A stretch of DNA of 25,146 nucleotides from a virus (taxonomy: Duplodnaviria; Caudoviricetes), in IMG/VR virus record IMGVR_UViG_3300010263_000008, positions 1-25,146 of that record; one strand, 5' to 3'. Below, piece after piece: positions 1 to 7,645 of this stretch. Position 1 is the stretch's first letter. Every line of letters starts with the position of its first letter. The position numbers were made by a program, and so were the translations under genes. The notes under the pieces were generated by a model. The model worked only from the letters and a program-made list of their open reading frames with translations, searched no databases and had not been told where the DNA came from.

Positions 1-491
1 AGCCTTTCTTTCTTACCCTTACCCTTAATGTGCAGTATGCCCTTTTCCCAGTTGATGTTGGTTCTTTTTAGAGTGATCAGTTCTGACCTTCTTAATCCCG
101 CTCCATAAAGGGTTTCTATGATTGCTTTATCTCTTAGTGACTGTGCCACGTTGCTGATTTTGTTGATATCTTCTTCAGGTAGTGGGCGGGGTAGCTTCCT
201 CTCTAACTTTCCACTCTCAATAAGCAAAGCAGGGTTTTCTTTAATATACTCTTTCTTAATAAGGAACTTATAGAATGACTTTATGGCAGCGACTTTCCTA
301 TGAATGCTGGACGTAGCCATCCTCTGTTCTTTAAGGTGGGCTATGAAATTCTCGATATCTTTCCTTTCAGCCCTATCCAAGTCCTTTTTGATATAGTTTT
401 TGAATTGAGTAAGGTCAGAAGCATAGTTGTAGATTGTGTTTTCAGACATTGACTTCTCATTTCTCATATAGTTGACAAAATTATTAAGCAT
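1..491 (-). CDS. XerC/XerD-like tyrosine recombinase, N-terminal part (runs off the window edge; absent from the ORF track)
   Basis: Manual minus-strand translation from ATG at 491 with an AGGAGG RBS: MLNNFVNYMRNEKSMSENTIYNYASDL...HRKVAAIKSFYKFL...NPA...RKLPRPL...RDKAIIETLYGAGLRRSEL...HIKGKGKKER. Shows the SAM-like domain, catalytic Arg box and GKG-KER motif. Confidence 0.92.
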   Translation of the reverse strand, partial: MLNNFVNYMRNEKSMSENTIYNYASDLTQFKNYIKKDLDRAERKDIENFIAHLKEQRMATSSIHRKVAAIKSFYKFLIKKEYIKENPALLIESGKLERKLPRPLPEEDINKISNVAQSLRDKAIIETLYGAGLRRSELITLKRTNINWEKGILHIKGKGKKER

Positions 492-590
492 ATACCTACC
501 TCCTAATCGCTCATAACTTTGTACCCTTGATGGTAGACACTTTGTTTAGGAAAAACAAGTTAGAAAAATATGGTTTCATAATATTTCCAC

Positions 591-628
591 TTAACTAACG
601 ATTAACTTGAACGGTATAAGTGCGTAGG
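591..628 (+). promoter_or_regulatory. Putative phage-sigma promoter, copy 1
   Basis: TTAAC(591-595)-N17-GGTATA(613-618)-AGTGCGTAGG, preceded by ATAATATTTCCA as in copies 4 and 5; intergenic, upstream of the replication operon. Confidence 0.55.
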
Positions 629-664
629 GAGGGGCCTACCCTAAAAAGGATGGTGAAAAAATTT

Positions 665-1261
665 ATGCCAAAACTTAGAGTTTCTAAGGACATTGAAATT
701 GATATTAGTGAAGAGCTTAATGAATACTTTAAAAGGCATTCAGAGGATAAGAAGGATTTATTTAAGCAAATAAGGGAAAAGGTTAACGAATATAGAGATT
801 TATACGTTGCTGTCAGTACAGATCAGATGCGTCTGTTGGGTGAGCTTGATGAGTTGAGGCGTAAGTATTCCACTCTAAAGGGATTAAAAATTTCGGGTGC
901 TTCTGGCTATATATTGGACAGCATTGTTATTCCTAAAGCGACATGGTTTCGTTGTAACGAGGGCATGACTCCTGTTGCTCTGTTGTTGTACGGGATTCTA
1001 CTGGACTGTAGACTGGATGCCCTATCTAAAAAGCAGTTGGATTCAAGGGGTATAGTTTACATTACCCTTGAAGATATAGAGTCAAAGTGTGCTCAATTAG
1101 GTATGCCTGAATTGACATGCAGAGTACACCCTGACGATTCATTACCTTTGGAAGTTCTGGAGAACAATTATCTTATTTTTACTGAAGATTCTCGTATCTA
1201 TGTCAAAGTGTTTCCAGATGATGAGCCTGCAAACGCATATTATCGTTCAATATACAAATGA
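665..1261 (+). CDS. Protein with a degenerate RepA_N-like (replication initiator A N-terminal) winged-helix domain
   Basis: IPK...MTPVALLLYGILLD...DSRGIVYITLEDI resembles the RepA_N pattern. Start moved from 620 to ATG 665 (RBS AAGGATGGTGA). Confidence 0.55.
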   Translation: MPKLRVSKDIEIDISEELNEYFKRHSEDKKDLFKQIREKVNEYRDLYVAVSTDQMRLLGELDELRRKYSTLKGLKISGASGYILDSIVIPKATWFRCNEGMTPVALLLYGILLDCRLDALSKKQLDSRGIVYITLEDIESKCAQLGMPELTCRVHPDDSLPLEVLENNYLIFTEDSRIYVKVFPDDEPANAYYRSIYK

Positions 1262-1277
1262 GAGAGGTTGGGTAGTC

Positions 1278-2456
1278 ATGTTGCTTATTAAAGATTTTGA
1301 TTTAAGGAATCAACGCTTATTATCACGTTCTGCACTGGACTTATTTTATAAGTTGAATCATATTGCATTTTCTTCTCGGACAGGCTTAAGTGTAAGCATT
1401 ACTATCTACGACCTTACAAGGGCACTTGACTGTTCAATGAGTACAGTAATAAGGGCAAAGAATGAGTTGCTCGAAAAGGGATACTTAAGCCAGACAAAAA
1501 CCACCAATAATAAGTGCGTGTATACCCTTAACGTACTTTCTTATGACTTATTTTTAAGTAATTTTGTGTCTTGCCCCCACGATAAATTTTTTGTCGGTAT
1601 CCTCGAATTGGTGGGGGAAGAGTATCTTGAGTTGACTGAGTTGGCTGATAACTTTGGGGTGTTCAAGGAAGAGGAGATAAATACCTCTGTTGTTGGAGCA
1701 GATGTTTCTGTATTTGATACAGAGGATTCTGAAGTTGAAACAGAAGTTCCTGTGCTTGTCGCTTGTGCTGAGGAACACAGGATACCAAAACCCATCCAGA
1801 GGGTGGGGCGTACAGTGTCACAAACATTTACCGATAACAGTAGTCCATCAAGAGAGCGTATCCATCCATTCGTAGATTGGGTTAAGCCTATAGACGACTG
1901 GAACGCTAAAGATTTTATTGAGTATTTTCAAACTTGTTACATACAAACATACGGAACACGGTGTACTGGATCAAAAATAGCAGCTCCAACTATGGCTCGT
2001 GAAGCAAAACGTCTTGGCAATGAAACTCTTAAGAAGCAAATCAAACTGTTCTTTGAGTTCTGTAAACAGACTTCATGTAATCCTTCGTGGGAGATTTTTG
2101 CAAGTGCCAATGTACAGCAAAAACTTGACCATTTTAGGGTTACAGGCGAACTGCCAGGGTATGGCGGGAAGATACAGAACCAAGCTCCTATTATATCTCA
2201 AGCAGAGAAGGACGAACTGAGAGAAATCAGAAAACAAGTAAGTGATATTCTTTGGACTATTAGGATGTACAAGAAACAAGGTGATTCTATTTTTACTGAT
2301 CCTGAGATTGGAGAAGAGAGCAGAAGAAGCAGAGATATTGCTGTGGAAAAAGGATATGCCCTCTTTAAGAGAATAAATGTCCAAACTGAACAACTGACAG
2401 ACTGGCTTAAAGCTTTGGGGCTTTATGAGGAGGGTATGGAGAATGTATCTATATGA
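1278..2456 (+). CDS. Phage replication initiator/replisome organizer with N-terminal winged HTH
   Basis: LSRSALDLFYKL...SITIYDLTRALDCSMSTVIRAKNELLEKGYL wHTH; lies directly before the helicase loader. ATG 1278 follows a GAGAGG RBS. Confidence 0.7.
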   Translation: MLLIKDFDLRNQRLLSRSALDLFYKLNHIAFSSRTGLSVSITIYDLTRALDCSMSTVIRAKNELLEKGYLSQTKTTNNKCVYTLNVLSYDLFLSNFVSCPHDKFFVGILELVGEEYLELTELADNFGVFKEEEINTSVVGADVSVFDTEDSEVETEVPVLVACAEEHRIPKPIQRVGRTVSQTFTDNSSPSRERIHPFVDWVKPIDDWNAKDFIEYFQTCYIQTYGTRCTGSKIAAPTMAREAKRLGNETLKKQIKLFFEFCKQTSCNPSWEIFASANVQQKLDHFRVTGELPGYGGKIQNQAPIISQAEKDELREIRKQVSDILWTIRMYKKQGDSIFTDPEIGEESRRSRDIAVEKGYALFKRINVQTEQLTDWLKALGLYEEGMENVSI

Positions 2457-3189
2457 TTTTTGCAAGGCATGTTACCTCAAAAGGGATTGTAGAAGGATAA
2501 CGGGGGAATTGGATAACTCAAAGATGCTTTCTGATTTTTGTTTTTCGAATCAGGTCGCAAAGTACAATGTGGAAAAAGCAAATATCCCTCTTCGTTTCCA
2601 GCAGGCAAGGATAGATGATTTTAAAGATAACCCTAAGCTTATGGCCCATATGAAAGATATAGTCAGTAATTTACTGGACGGTGAGAGTGGGATTTCTCTG
2701 TGCCTTATAGGGGAAAAGACAGGTACAGGCAAAACTCATTGTGCGGCCGCAGTTTTGAACCATTACTTAGTAAATACACTACGAAGGAGGATAGAGAAGA
2801 AAGAGGATTTATTTCAGGACAAGCCTCTTGCTTATTTTATTGACTATGCTCTGTGGGTGGATACGTTACGCAGTCGGTACAGCGATGAGTATGATTCTGA
2901 GATAGTCGAACCCGCCTTTGAAGTACCTGTGCTCGTAATAGATGACATAGGGGCGGGGAAAATGTCTGACTACGCAAGAGAACAGACATTTATACTTATC
3001 AATACACGATACAGTAATAATCTATCCACCATAATAACGTCAAACTTATCCCTGGAGGAACTGAGCAATCCCACTGTTCTTGGGAAGCGGACAGTTTCCA
3101 GAATTATGGATAATGCAGACATTATTGAGTTTTGTTCTACAGACAGGCGATCTATTAATAACACATTTTACATTGGAAGTGGCAGGTAG
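2443..3189 (+). CDS. dnaC: DnaC/IstB-like AAA+ helicase loader
   Basis: ANIPLRF, Walker A GEKTGTGKT, Walker B VLVIDDIG, INTRY...TIITSNL, RTVSRI. Confidence 0.88.
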   Translation: MYLYDFCKACYLKRDCRRITGELDNSKMLSDFCFSNQVAKYNVEKANIPLRFQQARIDDFKDNPKLMAHMKDIVSNLLDGESGISLCLIGEKTGTGKTHCAAAVLNHYLVNTLRRRIEKKEDLFQDKPLAYFIDYALWVDTLRSRYSDEYDSEIVEPAFEVPVLVIDDIGAGKMSDYAREQTFILINTRYSNNLSTIITSNLSLEELSNPTVLGKRTVSRIMDNADIIEFCSTDRRSINNTFYIGSGR

Positions 3190-3191
3190 CT

Positions 3192-4451
3192 ATGATTCAT
3201 GAATTGTTTTACATAAATCAGTGGATTAACTCAAAAGACCCTTTATTTATGCTGAAAAACAAGGTCATGCCAGAATGGTTTAGCCCAGAGGCTAAACCTA
3301 TACTTGACTTTGTAAAGGATTACTGTGACAAGTACCATGCTACCCCTACGCACCACATGGTTAAGAGCAATTTCAGCAGTTACGTGGAGTATGCCCCTGA
3401 AGACTTGGACACTCCTTCTGCGATCATTGAGTATATCAAGAGCAGTTACGTTGACAATCAGGTAACTCCTATCCTGCAAAAATTGGTTGAATCCTCTCTC
3501 AATCCTTTGGGGTTTGTGGGTGCGGTTCAGCAGACTGTTTTTGATATACAGGAGGTATTGAAGAAGGTACTGAACGGGGGCGACACCTATTCTTGGGTTA
3601 AGAACTCTATTGATAGATACGCCAAATACATGGATACCCACGGGAAAGAGGTAACAGGTTATCCGACAGGTTTGACAGGTTTGGATGATATAATAGGTGG
3701 TTTAATGCCAGACGACTTTATGCTGATAACGGCTCGTATGGGTGAGGGTAAGTCTCTGTTGGGTGACTATATAGGGTTTAACGTATGGAACTACCTTGTG
3801 AAAGAAAGTATTCCTTCATCGGTACTGTGTATTAATACTGAAATGACAGCTACGCAGGTTTCTTATAGGCTTGACACCCTGAAATTCCATGTATCCAATA
3901 AAGCACTCAGGTTCGGTAAATTGGCTGATACTGACGCTTACAAGGATTATATGGAGAGACTTAACCAGTTTGAGCAGGATTATTTTATTATAACTCAAAA
4001 TGACTTTGGCAGAAATCTGACCCCGATTGATATTGAGGCTCTTATCGAGGAAAAGAAACCTGCCTTGGTGATTATCGACCAGTTGTACGACATTTATGAC
4101 GGTACAGGGGAAAGGGATATCAGAAAGCGTATCATAAATGCGACAAATGCTTTGAGAACACTGAATCTCAAATCAGGTATTCCATTTATAGTAATGGCTC
4201 AGGCGGGGCGTGAATCTGCAAGGGCAGCGAAGAAGGATCAGAAAGCTACTCCTGAACTCGAACAGATACAGGAATCGGATAATCCTGCCCAGAAAGCAAC
4301 AAAAGTTTTAGCTTTGCGTTTGTACAACGACATCTTAACCATATCGCTAAAAAAGAATAGAGATGGCGAAAAAGGAGGAAACTTGTACTACAAGTTGAAC
4401 ATCGACCAAGGTATTTGGACGGAAACTGACGAAGATACGCTAAATTTCTAA
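3192..4451 (+). CDS. dnaB: DnaB-like replicative helicase
   Basis: PTGLTGLDDIIGGL, ARMGEGKS (Walker A), NTEM, VIIDQL, MAQAGR, KKNRDG. Confidence 0.92.
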   Translation: MIHELFYINQWINSKDPLFMLKNKVMPEWFSPEAKPILDFVKDYCDKYHATPTHHMVKSNFSSYVEYAPEDLDTPSAIIEYIKSSYVDNQVTPILQKLVESSLNPLGFVGAVQQTVFDIQEVLKKVLNGGDTYSWVKNSIDRYAKYMDTHGKEVTGYPTGLTGLDDIIGGLMPDDFMLITARMGEGKSLLGDYIGFNVWNYLVKESIPSSVLCINTEMTATQVSYRLDTLKFHVSNKALRFGKLADTDAYKDYMERLNQFEQDYFIITQNDFGRNLTPIDIEALIEEKKPALVIIDQLYDIYDGTGERDIRKRIINATNALRTLNLKSGIPFIVMAQAGRESARAAKKDQKATPELEQIQESDNPAQKATKVLALRLYNDILTISLKKNRDGEKGGNLYYKLNIDQGIWTETDEDTLNF

Positions 4452-4485
4452 GGCAAATACATATTATTTCTACTTGGAAAGGCGC

Positions 4486-4513
4486 TTGAATTGAAAGGTA
4501 AAGTAAGTATAAT
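4486..4513 (+). promoter_or_regulatory. sigmaA-type promoter upstream of the primase-sigma unit
   Basis: TTGAAT(4486-4491)-N16-TATAAT(4508-4513) in the dnaB-primase intergenic gap. Confidence 0.65.
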
Positions 4514-4524
4514 AATTATTACAC

Positions 4525-4538
4525 TGAACATTTGTTCG
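4525..4538. promoter_or_regulatory. LexA/DinR SOS box
   Basis: tGAACATTTGTTCg matches the Firmicutes consensus CGAAC-N4-GTTCG; lies 12 bp after the -10 element and before the RBS. Confidence 0.75.
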
Positions 4539-4555
4539 GTTAAGGGGGTGGGATT

Positions 4556-5557
4556 TTGCTGAACTTAACCGCTAATGATTTGGAGATACTCCTTGAATCA
4601 CTAAGGGAAAGCTGGGTGGATAGCCCCGATTTCAGCGAAAATCCTACTGCTTTTGAGGGGATAAAAAGGGTAAATGAAGACTATATGTTCTGTTGTCCTG
4701 TACATAAGGAGTCAAACCCCTCTTGTGGGATATCGACCAAATACCCATACGCATGGCATTGCTTTAGCTGTGATGCCAGTGGTACGGTATACGACCTGGT
4801 AAATACAGTTATAAAAGGGTCAATTGCTCACGCAGAATATTTTATAGAGAAACTATTGTACTTTGACAATGGTTATAGTAAACCATTAAGTGTTGGTCTT
4901 TTGTCCCAAATAATAGGAGAAATCAAAAAGACCAAAAGCCATAAGGTCATATCCGAAGAAGAAGGTCTAAAGTATAAAGGGGTTATACATTCTTATTTGT
5001 ACAAAAGGGGATTGAGCAATAAAGTAATAAATGCTTATGAGGTAGGCTTCGACAAAGAGACTAACAGCATAGTGTTCCCCATAAGAGATCATCTTGGTAA
5101 TATCCGCTTTTTACAAAGAAGAAGTATCCACGGGAAAAAATTTGACAATGAAAAGGGGGTTGAGAAGAGAGATATACTCTATGGGCTTTATTATCTTTTG
5201 AAATCGAAAAAGAGGTTTAAAGAACTGTATGTTGTTGAAAGTGCCATTGATGCTATGTCTTGCTATATGGTAGGTTTGCCATCAGTAGCACTACTTGGAA
5301 GAGTGTTTTATGAAGCTATGCTCCCTGCGTTATGTTTATTGAAAGTTAATAACATAAAGCTGTTATTGGACAATGACAAAGCAGGGAGAGAGGCAACAGA
5401 ACAAGTTAGCCGTTTATTAACGAGATACGGTTTTAATGTTCAGATTGCAGTACCCTTAGACGGGTATAAAGACGCCAACGATCTACTTCTTGGGGGAAAG
5501 CTGAAAGATATTGAATTTACTCATATGATATTTAAGCAAAAGGGGTTATGTGAATGA
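4556..5557 (+). CDS. dnaG: DNA primase (CHC2 zinc finger + TOPRIM)
   Basis: CPVHKESNPSC...WHCFSC, YLYKRG, FPIRD, VVESAIDAMS, LLDNDKAG, KDAND; TTG start after a GGGGGTG RBS. Confidence 0.92.
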   Translation: MLNLTANDLEILLESLRESWVDSPDFSENPTAFEGIKRVNEDYMFCCPVHKESNPSCGISTKYPYAWHCFSCDASGTVYDLVNTVIKGSIAHAEYFIEKLLYFDNGYSKPLSVGLLSQIIGEIKKTKSHKVISEEEGLKYKGVIHSYLYKRGLSNKVINAYEVGFDKETNSIVFPIRDHLGNIRFLQRRSIHGKKFDNEKGVEKRDILYGLYYLLKSKKRFKELYVVESAIDAMSCYMVGLPSVALLGRVFYEAMLPALCLLKVNNIKLLLDNDKAGREATEQVSRLLTRYGFNVQIAVPLDGYKDANDLLLGGKLKDIEFTHMIFKQKGLCE

Positions 5558-6090
5558 GTAAACTTGATAAGCTGTTAGCCGAGAAAGAAACAGAAGCATT
5601 TTTAAAAGAAGTAATGCACCTTTGTAGAAAAAAACTAAGCAAAATACCTATTAGCGAAGTGGATAAAGAGGACGCCGTTCAGGTTACTATAATGAAAGTG
5701 CATAAGGCTTTGGACACCTATGACAGTGCCAAAGCTATGGCTTCGACTTATTTTGACAAGGTGATGAATAACGGAATCAATTCATATTTAAGGTATCTGA
5801 AGACGCATGAGCCTTTCACCAAGTCATTAGGTATTGCAGATGAATATGACGAAGAAGCGGAAGGTAATGTAGTGGCATTGCCGAGTGACGCTTCTGATTA
5901 TGATGTTACCAATATAATGATAGATTTTTTATGCTACAGTAATCTTACAGAGAAAGAAAAGCAAGTATTTCAAATGAGATGTGAAGGTCTTGAGTTTAAG
6001 GAAATCGCTGATGCTTTGGGGTGTTCAAAGGCACGAATAAGTCAAATTTGGAAATCATTAATAAATAAATACTATGCCAACAACGCCTGA
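5554..6090 (+). CDS. ECF-like RNA polymerase sigma factor (regions 2 and 4 only)
   Basis: DKEDAVQVTIMKVHKALDTYD...STYF (region 2) and LTEKEKQVFQMR.EGLEFKEIADALGCSKARISQ (region 4 HTH); ATGA overlap with the primase stop. Confidence 0.85.
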   Translation: MSKLDKLLAEKETEAFLKEVMHLCRKKLSKIPISEVDKEDAVQVTIMKVHKALDTYDSAKAMASTYFDKVMNNGINSYLRYLKTHEPFTKSLGIADEYDEEAEGNVVALPSDASDYDVTNIMIDFLCYSNLTEKEKQVFQMRCEGLEFKEIADALGCSKARISQIWKSLINKYYANNA

Positions 6091-6109
6091 CGTAAAATCT
6101 TTCCCACTA

Positions 6110-6142
6110 CCCCACACCGAAATGGTGTGGGGATTTTTTTTT
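6110..6142 (+). terminator. Rho-independent terminator closing the primase-sigma unit
   Basis: CCCCACACC-GAAAT-GGTGTGGGG followed by A and T9. Confidence 0.88.
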
Positions 6143-6157
6143 CATTATTTTACCAAT

Positions 6158-6195
6158 TTAACTGTTACAACTAAGTATACGCATAAATAAGTAGA
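6158..6195 (+). promoter_or_regulatory. Putative phage-sigma promoter, copy 2
   Basis: TTAAC(6158-6162)-N17-CGCATA(6180-6185)-AATAAGTAGA, immediately after the terminator and upstream of ssb. Confidence 0.7.
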
Positions 6196-6245
6196 AACAG
6201 GTTTACAGGAAAAAGAAAAAATAAAAGGGAAAAGGAGAAAAGAGT

Positions 6246-6806
6246 ATGATTAAAGGGTTTAAGCAAATCAAAGAAGCAATGGACAAAACAGCGTCAATCT
6301 TTAAGATGAAGTCTGGTGAAAACAAGCTGATTCGTGTACTTGTGCCGACGTCTGAAGTTGCAGCCGCATGGGAACATGTAGAGCAGATAGGTGGTTTCTG
6401 GAAAACGATCGAGTGCATTGGCAAAAAAGACTGCCCGCTTTGCAAGGCGGGGCGTGCACCCTCGTTTAAAACATATATACCTATCCTTGACATTGCAGAC
6501 GATAAAGTAAAAATCCTCAAGGCTTCAAAAGAAGTAGTTAAGGCACTTATCGCTTTTGAAGATGAATACGGCGATCTCACCCAGATGGATTTGAAAGTCG
6601 TAAGGCTTGGAGAAGGGCTAAAGACGACATATCAGTTTTTCAGGAAGGATCCAACTAAGATTGACTTGTCCAAGTACATGAGTATGATTCCAGACCCCGA
6701 AAGCCTTGTGGATCAATTAACCAAAGAGGAAATTGAAGAACTACTTGACGGGGATACAAACGCTACCCCACCCACAGACCCTGATGACGAAGATTTGCCG
6801 TTCTAA
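6246..6806 (+). CDS. ssb: Phage single-stranded DNA-binding protein
   Basis: CIGKKDCPLC Zn motif, R.GEGLKTTY, acidic tail ending DPDDEDLPF; replication-module context. Confidence 0.75.
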   Translation: MIKGFKQIKEAMDKTASIFKMKSGENKLIRVLVPTSEVAAAWEHVEQIGGFWKTIECIGKKDCPLCKAGRAPSFKTYIPILDIADDKVKILKASKEVVKALIAFEDEYGDLTQMDLKVVRLGEGLKTTYQFFRKDPTKIDLSKYMSMIPDPESLVDQLTKEEIEELLDGDTNATPPTDPDDEDLPF

Positions 6807-6824
6807 GGTCAGCCCTTCTAAGAG

Positions 6825-6853
6825 AGTAGCCATAGATAACCTCTATGGCTACT
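6825..6853 (+). terminator. Stem-loop after ssb (terminator or stabiliser)
   Basis: AGTAGCCATAGA-TAACC-TCTATGGCTACT perfect 12-bp stem; the U-tract is weak. Confidence 0.5.
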
Positions 6854-6950
6854 TCTCAATATAAAGGGCATGAGGAATTAGGTGTGGTATTGGCATAAAT
6901 CAGTGAAATGATAAAAATTTAATAAAAATTGTGGTATTGGGGGTGAAGTT

Positions 6951-7448
6951 ATGCAAATTGAAAGGAAATGGGCCATGCCAAACAGCGAAACATTTTCAAT
7001 AAAACCCATCAAAGAATTACTTCAAGAAGAAGTTGATGACGGGATTTGGTTAGACCCATTTGCAAGGAATAGTAAGATTGCGACTATCACGAATGATCTC
7101 AACCCAAACTGTGATACAGATTACCATATGGAGGCTACAGATTTTTTAAAGATGTTTCCAAATGAATATGCGGACGGTGTATTATTCGACCCACCTTATT
7201 CACCACGACAAATAAAAGAATGCTATGAAGGTATAGGACTTAAAGAATTTAATACCAAAATGGATTTTTATTCTAATGTTAAAGACGAAATTGCGAGAGT
7301 AGTAAAACCTGGTGGGAAAGTAATCAGTTTTGGTTGGAATAGTATGGGGATGGGCAAAAACAGAGGGTTTGAGATAAAAAGAATTTTGTTAGTTCCTCAT
7401 GGTGGCGCTAGAAACGACACAATTGTAACTGTAGAAGTAAAGCTTTAA
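6951..7448 (+). CDS. Small phage adenine (amino) DNA methyltransferase
   Basis: WLDPFA (SAM-binding-like), VLFDPPYS (catalytic motif), RVVKPGG. Confidence 0.78.
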   Translation: MQIERKWAMPNSETFSIKPIKELLQEEVDDGIWLDPFARNSKIATITNDLNPNCDTDYHMEATDFLKMFPNEYADGVLFDPPYSPRQIKECYEGIGLKEFNTKMDFYSNVKDEIARVVKPGGKVISFGWNSMGMGKNRGFEIKRILLVPHGGARNDTIVTVEVKL

Positions 7449-7645
7449 ATAATTAATTTACTGTACCTTGACAATTGAATAAAAGGACAGCCCAATTAAG
7501 GGATATCCTTAGAAGCACGACCGACACGACCAATGCTCTGAAATATACCACAACTAAATTCACATGCAAAGCAGTGAAAGGAGTGGTTAGATGAATGAAA
7601 AAACCACAGGTAAATCCACATACCCAATATAAAGGAGTTCACGGT

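Noticed and set aside
1690-1880. Iteron origin inside the initiator gene
   Set aside because: Only weak short similarities (TGATACAGA/TGAAACAGA, CCATC); not enough to call by eye.
7468-7496. sigmaA promoter from TTGACA
   Set aside because: No -10 hexamer at 16-18 bp spacing.
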